The notes below the pieces were generated by a model. That model had not been told where the DNA came from. It worked only from the letters and a program-made list of their open reading frames with translations, and searched no databases. 64,000 bases of DNA, taken from positions 1 through 64,000 of the forward strand of contig NW_020846522.1 in NCBI RefSeq assembly GCF_003704095.1. Direction: 5' to 3'. Source of the stretch: Pocillopora damicornis (lineage: Eukaryota). Both the position numbers and the translations under genes were made by a program. Below are positions 25,722 through 37,850 of the stretch, one piece after another. The stretch's first letter is position 1. Each line of letters starts with the position of its first letter.

Positions 25722-26909
25722 GACAAGTATTTGGTCCTGTTCTTGGTTTTTTGTTTTGTCTTTTAGTTTCGTTTTGAATGATTTAATGCAAAGAATACCA
25801 CCCACATAATAACCCTTATGGTCAAAACGCATATTTCTTTTTATGCTGAGCACTCAAAGGGCAAATGGTATAAAGTTTCCTCGGCAGATTATTAAAAGTA
25901 AAATTTTTTCATTTACAATAATAAAGAAACTTGCGTCTTGTAATATTGGTAGCTATTCGTTCTGCCAAATTACCATATATGGTCTTCAGAGGAAGACTTC
26001 AGTGCTATAAATGTTATATAAATCACGTTCCGAGAAATTCCAGAACAAAGTGTATATTAAATCAACTATTGCATTGAAAAAACAGCGTTGGTGTTTTATC
26101 AGTGGTACACTCTCTAATGGACCCTCACAGCAGCACTCAGGGGATGACGTCAATAACATTTTCACTAAAAATAGTCTTCATATTACTGACGTAGTTTCGA
26201 AGATGCTCGTGGGCACGCTTTGATAAAGTAAACCAAAAAATAAAGCAAATGAAAAGAAGTGCCATGTGGGTTATGTTCATGAGGCATCAGAGATATACTC
26301 GGAAAATGAAAAAAGGGTTGCTTCGCTCAGAACACGATGCCTAGTGAAAAAATTAATTATTTCATAACCACTTCAACGCCGACGAAGGCAACTCTTCTAT
26401 ATGCTGAACTTAATTCTCTACATGCTGAACTTAAAATTATCGGAAGTCAAAAACTCTTCCGAGAGTTTTTATTCCACACTTTGTGCCAAAAATCATTAGT
26501 TCCAAGTTTTATTTCTTTTGGAAGCTTTAGTATCTGATACCTTTTATAAAACACGAAGCCTATTCCGCCTCAGAAAACTTAATCGACATTGCTCATTTAT
26601 CGAATTTGGAAACGTACGATATATCAATCAAAACGAAACGAGCTTTAAGTTATTGACTGCTCGGCGTAACAAACATCCTGCGGAGATCCATAATGAAAAA
26701 TATATGAGTAGATGTTTTACGCATTCGGTTTAGTTACAGATTAAGTTTAGACAATCCTGTTAGAGTGGCAAGAATTTGGTCCTGTTCTTGTTTTTTTCCT
26801 TGTCTTTTAGAATTGTTTTGAATGATTTAATGCACAGAATGCCACCACATAATAACCTTTATAGTCGAAACGCAAATGCTCAGCACTCAAAGAGCAAAGG
26901 GTATAAAGT
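25722..26909 (+). repeat. Pair of ~150-bp diverged direct repeats (25722-25876 and 26766-26909)
   Basis: Both contain tttggtcctgttcttg...ttttgaatgatttaatgca.agaat...cacataataacc...gcactcaaag.gcaaa.ggtataaagt. Confidence 0.75.
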
Positions 26910-28818
26910 ATAAACTTGGCGGTAAAACTAGTCTCTCAAGGGAAATCTATACTGCAATATTGTTACGTAACGAGGAGTTAACATGCTCTTCAACATGTGA
27001 CTTTTCACTCTTCAGCAACCAGGATTACGTAATGCTCAAAAGTGAAATGCGCGATTTTAGCTTTAAGCGCTCGGTGTGAAACCAACAAAACTGGCGAGGG
27101 CATTTTTGCTTTTAATAGTTCTTTTCGGCTATTACTTAGCAACATTATATTTGATACAGCTTCGAGTGATTTTGAAATTGGGTACCAGCTATATCTGTTT
27201 GATCGAAAAGCCAAACAAGTCCAATTTATTGTTCGATACAATTCATTTTTTATCAAATTACAGCATTTAAGAGGAGTTAGAAGTACCTCTACTGGCGAAA
27301 ATTGATGTGGCTAACGAATAGAAACAACAACATCTTGTAGTTCTCCATTAGTTGTCGAGGTATTCGTGCTCAAAATAATCAAATGTGGTCATAAGAAGTC
27401 TATTTCCAACGCTATTTTCTATAAATGATTAACAGTTCTCATTTTCTAGAAATTCCAGAGGAATAAATGTTTGACGTCAATACCATAACCCTTAAAAAGG
27501 CCTTCTCTTAATTAATTCGTCACGCAATGAGGAAATCTAATAGAGCAAAATAAGGCAAAATAGCGATATGTATATTGATTCATGCATCTACAACATTTCA
27601 GTGATGTCAGAAACTGAGAGGGAGGTATTGCTTTGTGACAAAAATGTCATAGACTAATATTAGGGCGAATGAAATATCTTTAACAACTCTGATGTTTCGT
27701 ATGCCCCACTGCAGAGCATCGGGAAGTAGTTACCGAGAGCATTTTGTCCACGTTAATTCACCCCAGTTTTTTTATATTTTTGTTTTGTGCATTTTTAACT
27801 TCAAGCTATAGATCCATGTCATCACTCAATTTTAGAAAGTTCAACCAATGTTCCTTCTCAGGACGTGACTGGATAAAGAAAAATAAGTTATTTACGAAAA
27901 AAAAAGGCATTAACAACATGACAAACACCTGGAGAAGTTAACGACCAAATAATTTAATGCGTTGGAGGTACAGTTTTATGCACTTGGTTCAATCACAAGC
28001 CACAGCTTAAGTTCCAAACGGGATCAAGAAGAAATTCTTAAAAGTGATGTTTTTGCTTTGAATCTTTCTTTCTACATTTCTTTTGCGCTCGCATCTTTTG
28101 CTCTTTTTTGAACTAATAAACAAAATCGCCCGTGTATGTTAACCATTGGGGTCTCAGTGCCTTTACATATTTGATGAATGAATTCCTGTCTAGCAGTAAC
28201 CAAGCACAATGAAAAATTCCTCGCCATATCAAGATAAAGATGCCAATGACAATCAGTTTGAGAGAAACCTTTGAATGGAGACTTGTCACCCAATTTAGAC
28301 GATCAAATTTGCCCTCGACAAATTTACTTGTTCAAAATCTTCTGCGGACGAGTTTTTGGACGAAGGGGTCTGCGAGGAACCATACGTAACAATTTTTCAT
28401 TCACATGGTCAAAAAAAACTTTCCTGCTGAATGTCGTCATGTAACCAGGCCTGAAAGTGCACGTATTAATAACAGTGACTTTCTACCCTATCGTAACCAT
28501 CATTACGTAACATGCAAATGAGAAATGTGAGGAAAATACTTTTTGCACTTGTTGGGAAACGGGAATAATTTATGTCGGTCATCAATTGTTTTCGTTATTG
28601 TTTTCCAACTTTTTGACGCGCATTTTCATCTTCCTGAATATATATCATTAGTGTTGATGCAATCTTGACTGTTCTGGAACTGATTGCTGATACATGTTGA
28701 ATCGTAAAACCGCGCTCTAAAGATATGCGAAATTACGCGGGATAAATCAATGATACATAGATGACATAGTTTGCTAAGTTGAAACAAAAACAAGGGTGAC
28801 ACACCTTCTGAAATGGAG

Positions 28819-29008
28819 AACCCTTCCACTACCAAGATCCTATTACAGATACTCCTTGATGTTTGTCGTAAATTCTTATGATTTTCGTTTGGAGAATTGA
28901 TTATTGGATCAACTCATAATTCCCTTATTGGTATTAGTATTTATTCGTATCATTTTCATATTGGAAAGAGAAATATTGTCTTGGTCACTCATGGGAGTTG
29001 AGAGTTAA
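28819..29008. mobile_element. Degenerate TTAA-type MITE copy
   Basis: Imperfect ends aacccttccactacca / tgggagttgagagttaa, with a related decayed copy at about 57147-57256. Confidence 0.45.
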
Positions 29009-30366
29009 TTCTCACAGCGTTAAAAGAGGCTCTACCCACGTATGCAAGAAAACGGCAGTAACACGAGTTCTCCATGACTTCATGATTTAGCCCGAAAAGA
29101 TCAGTGGAATCACATGACATGTAGGACATAGAGAAGAACTGGAATGGGGAAAATTCATAATTTAAAAATGGTCAACATCTTACCATTATCAGTATCTGTT
29201 TTATCATTTGTTTAATTTATATCGTCAAGACCTGTTTCAGGTCTATGCAAATCAAGTCGAATTGGGTGACAAAACGATAAGAAAAATTAATTTTTTTAAT
29301 TGCCGAACGTGCTGAAATTTTTGCTATTCCTCTCCAGTCGGGCTAAATTTTTCCAGGTGAACATATTAACGCAGTGTCATTAAAAAGCAAGGGCGTTTCC
29401 TGATAGTAGCAATGCATGAGAAAAAAGAAATATAACGTTATGCATTTTGACCGTTGTATAATTCAAATAGATTAACACGCAACTAACGTAGTATTTTCGC
29501 TTTATTTTATTTTAAATTATGTTCTACAATCGTTTTTATAATCCACAGTGATAAATTATTATAAATTAAGACTTGCTTTGAGATTAAGTGAACTTAATGA
29601 CTTACAGACGAACCTGGCCTCGATGGTGCAACAAAACATTAAAATTACTGAAAACTTAACTGATTGATCTAAATATCTGGCCTCGAAAACAAAAGTACCT
29701 CAACTCGTTTTCAGCGTTTTAATCATACTGCGTATAGTTCATATCGAGAACATTTGATGTTCCATTTTCTAGTTCTTTGACGCCGAAATCCAATGATTGC
29801 TTAATTTTGATAATGAGAGTCGAATTCATATAATCCTGGTCATGGCAGTATTTGTTTTATTTCACCTATGAAATAATTATAATTCACAAACGAATCAGTG
29901 CCTTAGCAATTATTTGCATTGAGATCGATTGTTTGAGGCAAATCCTTCATTTTGTTAATGAACATACAATCCTATTGGTCGATCTCAAATGAACAATATT
30001 GATTTTATTGCATAATATCTTTTGATCCGTTGACGTGTGAGATAATCTCGACTCAAAGTCACTTAGTTCCGACATTTTGTTCCATAGACTACCATATTTG
30101 AGGAAAACGCTGAAAACAGTATTGATTAAGCAAGAAATGAGGCAAAAATATTGAAAAGTAAAAACACACAATAATTGATTTCCCTCTTCTTCAAAATGGT
30201 TCATCCTTTTCCTTAGTTGACCACGTCTCTAATCATATTTGTTAACCACCTAAAACTGAATGACTCTTTGAGAAAAAAAATTAATCTCGATCAGATTTGA
30301 ATGTTTATGAGAACATCTAATTTCAAAGAGAACATCACGTAGTTACAGTCAAAGCTTAGAGAAGAA

Positions 30367-30687
30367 TCATGCCTTGGTAAGGCCAAAGTACATCATCCAA
30401 GATTCCTTGATTTTTTCCACTTCAGACCGGCCTTTTTCTTCGTTCTCCCAAGAATAATATTTTCTTATGTCTGTGCCTTTAGAAGGATCGAACTTTTCAT
30501 CATTCATAGTTTTCTTCGTCATCTCGTCAGGCGGGAAAAAGTCTGGAAGTATTTTGGAACCTTTGCGACGAAATACCTCCCGACGTTTCTGTGTGCGCTC
30601 AGAGCGACTTAATCTACGTTTACTGCGGCTGCTGTAAGACGAAACCAGAGGAACATAGGAGATCTTTTGTGTCACGGACGATTCCAT
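30367..30687 (-). CDS. Motif-family member G (106 aa), paralogue of H
   Basis: KGSKILPDFFPP, YSWENEEKGRSE and IKESWMMYFG. An in-frame upstream relic reads HHLSAILS. Confidence 0.8.
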   Translation of the reverse strand: MESSVTQKISYVPLVSSYSSRSKRRLSRSERTQKRREVFRRKGSKILPDFFPPDEMTKKTMNDEKFDPSKGTDIRKYYSWENEEKGRSEVEKIKESWMMYFGLTKA

Positions 30688-32983
30688 GTCTTCTTTTCTC
30701 GATGTATGGCGTTGTGTTCTCTCTGGACTTCTACGCCACTCAAAAGATGTGTGTGAAAGAATTGCACTGAGGTGATGTGCAAAACTCTAGAGCCTTTGTG
30801 GCACGAACGAAGGCGATGCTCTTGAGACTCTTGAGCACAAACTTGTTATATCTGTTCTCTTATCTGATTGCTGTGAGTAGATTTACTGTGATTTGATCCC
30901 ATTGGTTGAAACTGAGAAAACTCCGATGTAAATAAGCACAACTTTACATATTTCGTGCCGTTTTGACGATCAGCCAGACGGCTAAAGAAAATGAAATTGA
31001 CAGAGGGTGCCACCTTGACAGCTTTACCCTTTTAAAAAAAGGGCCAAATGCAGCGCTTAAAAACTGCTGCACATATTTTTTTAACAACTCTCTTCGAATT
31101 CGAATTGGCGAGAAAACAAACCGTAGTTTTTCAACTAGAACAGCTATTTCTTAAACATTTTTTAAGAATTTTTCTTCGCAGCCTTTAAAAATGTTTTTTG
31201 ACTTTGTTGTGATAATCTTCTGTCTGATTTTGGTGTTTTATAGTCATTCTGTTCTCCATCATTATCACTCACGGCATGTATAAAGTCTGAAGAATCATGT
31301 TAAGNNNNNNNNNNNNNNNNNNNNNNNNNNNNNNNNNNNNNNNNNNNNNNNNNNNNNNNNNNNNNNNNNNNNNNNNNNNNNNNNNNNNNNNNNNNNNNNN
31401 NNNNNNNNNNNNNNNNNNNNNNNNNNNNNNNNNNNNNNNNNNNNNNNNNNNNNNNNNNNNNNNNNNNNNNNNNNNNNNNNNNNNNNNNNNNNNNNNNNNN
31501 NNNNNNNNNNNNNNNNNNNNNNNNNNNNNNNNNNNNNNNNNNNNNNNNNNNNNNNNNNNNNNNNNNNNNNNNNNNNNNNNNNNNNNNNNNNNNNNNNNNN
31601 NNNNNNNNNNNNNNNNNNNNNNNNNNNNNNNNNNNNNNNNNNNNNNNNNNNNNNNNNNNNNNNNNNNNNNNNNNNNNNNNNNNNNNNNNNNNNNNNNNNN
31701 NNNNNNNNNNNNNNNNNNNNNNNNNNNNNNNNNNNNNNNNNNNNNNNNNNNNNNNNNNNNNTTTAGTCGCTATCAGTTGTGTTGTGAAGTTATCCATTAA
31801 GGATGTCGAACAGATCGCCTGCTATACCATTGATATTCGTCAAGCGATGAGGTTGAGTGATTTACACGTTTCTGTTTAAGTGCCGTGATGGATCGCTGCA
31901 ATTCGTGCGTTTTAGCACACTGTCATTAGTGCGTTTCAAAAGCACAACTGCCAGTTAGTAATAAAAGCGGATCTATGGGAGAAGGACATCAATTTTTTGA
32001 CATAACAATAACGACTGAGTTTTGATTCTTCAATGCTTTTACGATAACAACTTCATATCGTGAAACGATAGACGAGAAATTCATTAACCAGCATCTAAAA
32101 CTTTAATCAATTTATCAAGTTATTTTTTTCCCTCACTGAAAATTTATGCGAGACTCTAACATCAAAGTTACCGAGTAATCCAGTCAACTTGGCCTATGTA
32201 GCCGGAAACAATGATCTTACAGACTTATTGGGATTCTAAAGGAAATGCATGCTGTAATTGATGTGCGTATTCAAACCCAGCTTTTGCGTATTTGAGGTTA
32301 GCGCTATCAAATATTTTCAGGTCGGGGAAAGGTTAGAAATCTCTGATACATTAAATCTCTTTGGCTTTAGAGCCACGCATCGCTTGAACCAGCGAACGAC
32401 AGTTGTGATTTTGCAGTTGCCTCTCAGTCGTTTCTGCAATACTGTGAACATATTTGCATTTTTTTGAGTGGGAGATATTTTCCAATTTCGACAATCTATA
32501 TAAGCGATTGGGAAGAAACTGCGAAAGTCAGAAGTAAAATTTGGCGATCACGTTTATTATATATTAAAATGAACTTAATCATGGTTTGACCATGATACGA
32601 TAGGCCATTAGGTTTGGAAGACAATGTTATCAATCAAAGTTGTAGTCGATATTTTCAGATTCTATAATCGAAGCACGTATCTCTGATAAATTATGATAGG
32701 AAATAAGTACTGCTTTGCTTTTGAACATAGTTTATGTGGTAAAATCAAGGTATTGGTTCAGTCAGTCATCATTATGAATGGAAAAGCCTTCATGAAAAAA
32801 TCCAAAGTATGGTAAATCAAAATCCTAAGTAACTTCATAAATCATTTGCATATATTCGTATTGATGCTGAATTATGGCGTTCAGTGACAACATACAACAA
32901 CAGAGAAATCAGATTCATATCCGTTTTCTAGCTTACAAGAGTCAAACATAGAAATAGAATTGTATTAATGCATGTTTTTAACA

Positions 32984-33331
32984 TCATAAACGGGCTGAAA
33001 TTCTCACATCGAGGCCATCGAAACCATAATACATCAGCCACGATTCAGCAATAGTTTGGGCCTCAGAGAAACCGTTCTCTTCATTTTCCCACGAGTACTG
33101 CTTTATCACTGTAACTCTTTTGACAGCAGAAAGACCTGTTTGTTGTCTTAAACTTTTCTTTTGCGTGGTGTTTGGTGGGAAAAAATCTGGAAGTATTTTG
33201 GAACCCTTTTGCCAACTCATCTCGGCTAGACTTCTGCGTGGTGTCTTTTTATCAAATTGTAGTTTTTCTTTGGCGATGGTGGGTGATACCAAATGGGTTT
33301 GGAGAACGTTCTGCATTGCAGATATATCCAT
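32984..33331 (-). CDS. Motif-family member H (115 aa from first ATG), paralogue of G
   Basis: KGSKILPDFFPP, YSWENEENGFSE and IAESWLMYYG. The track start at 33367 is GTG; the first ATG is 33331. TATAAA on the minus strand at 33599-33604. Confidence 0.8.
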   Translation of the reverse strand: MDISAMQNVLQTHLVSPTIAKEKLQFDKKTPRRSLAEMSWQKGSKILPDFFPPNTTQKKSLRQQTGLSAVKRVTVIKQYSWENEENGFSEAQTIAESWLMYYGFDGLDVRISARL

Positions 33332-36300
33332 CACATCAAATTTTAACTTTTGACCTGAACTTTTCACTTTTCAGACCTATCAGGTTTTCGGCGATAAATC
33401 GATATTCGAAATAGTTTCTCCAAGCACGGGGACAACTGATGCTTTGCGAGTTACACTGTGATGGCTGTCGAGACTAGCTCTGCGGGCCAGTATCCTTAAA
33501 AACAAGCCAAGAGTGATAGAAGAATCGATGAGCGTACTCCAAAGAAGTGTGAACCAAACGGAGTTCTTTCCGTGTAAGTGTAGCCAAGGCGCTGCTTGTT
33601 TATAAGACAGCGCAGCACTGATAGCAGTAATTTAATTATGCTGTCAGGACCTCAAAGCCAGAACACGTCAAAGTGATATTTACATAATCATGTAATATGC
33701 TTGGCAGATATCAAACTTTTTTATTCGTAACAGTAGAACTTGTAGGAAAGCAAAAACAATTATAAACACTTTCTGTCTGAAATACGTCGACAAACTTTTC
33801 GCAAAAAATTATATGGTGATGGCTGAAGTTACGTGGTTTTAAGAGTAATTTTATCAAGATTTCATATTTGTTTCAATTTTTTAGCTATTGAAAGAACATA
33901 ATTTTTTTACGGTTGAAAACGTGACCAGAATTTTAATATCATAGTTTCTGATTAAACATCTGGACGCAAAAGGCAATGTCGACAAGCCGACAAAAAGCCG
34001 GTCCATGGATTGCTTTAATTGTCTTACCTAAGTAACAATAAAACTGGTGAAGAGCCTTTACCTTTTATGGTGATAAAATTCTCGGCGGCGGAGGCAGTGA
34101 TTCTAATAGAATCTCAAGTGATTAAATGTGGAACAAATACTGATTACTCCACAAATAGAGCTTATCTCTGCGGTTTTTTTTATTTTTCTGAAAAAATAAA
34201 GGTCACAAAAGTTGAATAAATGTTCTAGAATCTGTTTGTGAAAAGTGTATTCTTTTCTAGACCATATTCCTTTCCTTTGTCGGCATTTCCTAACGTGAGG
34301 CCACCAGGAGTGTTAGCAGAGTCACTTTTATTACCTTATTAAGCTTTGTGCGAACACTCCACCGCCGAAGTTTTTCATAAACATTGCAAGAGCATGAACT
34401 TAAAAAAGTGTTCGATCGTTTGAAAAAAAGTGAAGACCATTTTGAAATTGTTCAAATCCTTGAGTTTCTCTGGTAGCCACATTATAATGATAGCAAGGGC
34501 ACTTGTATCATTGATAACGATCGCATTTAACTTAAGTTGAAATAAATGAAAATCTGACCTTGGGGAAAATAATTAGAGTCGTCTCTTATTACCATAATTC
34601 TAAAATTCAAATTTGAATTTCAATGCCCAATGTTTCATGCCTTGATAGAGTATTACAAGCTCTGCTCCTCAGACGACATTGTAAAATAAGTGTAAGAGCA
34701 CAAAATACTGAGTAGACCTTGAATCTTGAGAATCCCAGGTATTTTGCGCCGCTCATGTTCCAATAATAAAACTGATTGGGAAAGAAAATAGCTTAGGTAA
34801 AGTTTCGAAGCCGGTATTTCAAAATGTAAGGGTCTATGATCTTTTATTTTTCTTCATTACAGTCAGAGATGAAGAGAATCACCCAAAATGGGAAAAAATA
34901 ATTGAGCTCCAAACCCTCATCGAGTGAATTGGTCCAGATAAGTCACAAGAGACTAAGACTGAAATTACACCTACATGTAAAGCAAGCTACCTATTCATTT
35001 TCGTGCTCAAAGATTCTTAATATATCTGGCAATCACCACTCGTGCTATGATAGGTAACTTTAACGGACCTTAGTCTATTTCACGACCCGCGAAAACAGTA
35101 CGGCGCTCGAACTCGGTTAGAAAGACGTATTTGTTCTTTGAATATTCATGTCTCGTAACTTGAGCCACCAATAAACACAGAATTCGGGAAGATTATTTTC
35201 CTATCTGTCATTTGATTCTTCAGTAGGAATGAGGTATTTTTCTATGTCCCGAGTTCTGATTGGCTACCAGAGCTGGCTGGATATACTCGCTGTACTCTTG
35301 CAAAAGGTGAAATGCAGTGCAATATTTTTCTCTTTGATATATCCTCCATTGACTTAGCCTTATTTTAGTCAAAAGAGCTGGATAATAGCTCTGTTATTTC
35401 CCGTTTTCATAAAATAGTGACGTACAGATCTAGTACAATAAAATTTGTATAACGAGGAGATCCACTTTTCACCAGTCCCTGACTAGAATTTTGAATAGCT
35501 ACGGCACTTTTGCACGTCAAAGTCTCCATTTTTTGCGCTAACTTTTCAAATGGGGAGAAATCTGAAGTATCGCCCATCAAGATTTCTCACTGCTTTTCAA
35601 TCTATACTCGAAAATTTTGGTGATATAACAGCATGCTAAGTGTCGGCAAATGATTTATTTTTTAAACTTTCAGAAATTACGTAGGTTGAAACAGAGCAAA
35701 AAAGTCATAAGATTGCTCTCCTCACGGCTGGAGATCTCGAACTTACTTAAAAACAAACTTGAGAAGACATGTATTTGTTCACGACCTCTCTTGATTCTGC
35801 CACGTTAAAAAACAAAAACAAATACAAGGTACTTACGTATTTGACACCTACTGAGAGAATTTTAATTTCCGATGCCGCAAATATTGTAGTTTTGAAGTAA
35901 TCTCTACTTATGAACGTGGCAAACTGCACAATCGAATATCCCATCGTACAAAACATGCTCAAGGTTGAGAATTAAACTCTCAGAATTTTCCTCTCATTTT
36001 CTTATTAAAGGGAACAGCATTTGGCCTTCCCTGAAACTCCCTTGGGTTTTGCTTTTGCCGAGCTTGCTCTGATATTTTTTTTCGATTATCTTAAATTTTT
36101 TCTGTTGTTTCCTCTCCATGTAGATCTGGTTAATATTTCCTTTATCATGGAGGGAAATCACTTATTTACTCATGTTAATTTACTCAATTTTTTTTCATTT
36201 CTCAAAAAAACAGCTTAATTTATTTTTTAAACCAGAACCCCTTTTAGCACAAATTGCTATCAGGTTTTTTTTTTATCGAGCTTCTTGGTGATCTCTGCTT

Positions 36301-37358
36301 TAAATCGTAAGTGTCGTTCTATTTTTTCCTGCAGGATAAATAAAAGCGTGTAACATGTTACACCATCACAGAGAGACACTTAAAGAACAATTCTCAATTT
36401 TTAGAAATAAATTGATGTAAAAACGCCCACAAATATATGACTCCCGCAAGGCTCTGTGAATAATTTGAATCACAAACCTACTTGACAACATGGGGGTTCA
36501 CCTCATCTTAATAACAAAGAAGATCTCGACAGTTAAACCACGCACCGCCAGTGCTACTAGAATTTATTCATCGGTTTTATCAGTTGAAAGTTCAGTACAA
36601 TGGTCATTGTTTACAACCTGAATCTAGTTCCATCATTATATAGCAATATAAAGCATTCCAATATAAACATACATCATGCAGTTGTATAAAAAACTGTACG
36701 CTATACTCCTTTTGTGAAGAGGTTCTTTGTTATCAGAATAATACGTGGGAAATTGGCAACATTTTTAGATATGCGAAAAGAATTTACCAGAGGCCAAGAT
36801 TTTGATACTTTGCGTTTTTATAGTGATTTGGTTTCATGCCATGATATTTCTAAGCTGCTGAAAGTTTGTGAAATGTGTTTCTTTTTCTAATCAAACTACT
36901 GAACAACAGAGCGATGAAAGTTGCTATTTCAAGAATAGTATTTTACAGTCGACAGAAAGGCATAAGAATATACAACCAGGACATGAAATATACAGCAGGA
37001 AAAAAGTATCGGTGGAACCTAAATCCGAATTCAAATCTGAAACCATTTGGACCGCCTCGATTATCAATGAATTATACCAACTGATACTTTTCTCAGGAAG
37101 AAGAGTTTAATGCGACTTCTGCCCTCATTGAATGATTTATTTCCACTGAAGCTCTGAAGGTATATTGCTGCCTTTGGCTCACCAGATTGAAAAAAAATTT
37201 TACATTTATGACTACTAGTAGATCTTTTGGCGGGGAGCGAACAAATATTTGAAAAATTTTAAACCAATACTTATTTCTCCTGTTTGTTAGCTGTTGTCTG
37301 TTCTTCCATCCTGCTAAATATTACTAACCAAATCGTAACAACTTTACATTTCTTTTTT

Positions 37359-37850
37359 TTATCCAAACTGAAACTCAATCCAAGCAGCTATCTCGCTTAG
37401 CTTTAGTGCTTGAGTGTCTGTGCTTATCAGTTTTACTTGTGCCTTCTTGGTTGAAGGCAAAATTCGACTGTGTATAAAAGACGTGTTCGTGCTCTCTACT
37501 GGGCGAAAGTTGACATAAGGAGTTCTTAAAAAATTATTCCATCCGTCTTGGATTTGCTGGTATGGAAGTGATGCCTGAGGTTTCATCAGCGACGGAATGA
37601 TACTTCGCCCATGTCTTTCCGCCATCCTGAGCTTAGAAACTTTCATCGTAGTAAAAGAGGGTGATGAAACATTCTCTTCAGATCGGACTCCGTCGACCCC
37701 TTGCTGCTTTTCTTCAACTTCAGTAAGACTTTTATTTGATTCCTTCTATTCAGTGGCCTCGAGAACAATTGGAAGTCGACGCGAATGAGTGAAATTCACT
37801 GAACGAATCGGTGAATAACCTCTGTGTTTAGATCCCGTAAATCGGCACAT
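37359..37850 (-). pseudogene. Motif-family member I, interrupted by one in-frame TAG
   Basis: The ATG at 37850 reads MCRFTGSKHRGYSPIRSVNFTHSRRLPIVLEATE* (TAG at 37746-37748). The same frame then runs open into ORF 37359..37646 (PYVNFRP, EIAAWIEFQFG*). Confidence 0.7.
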
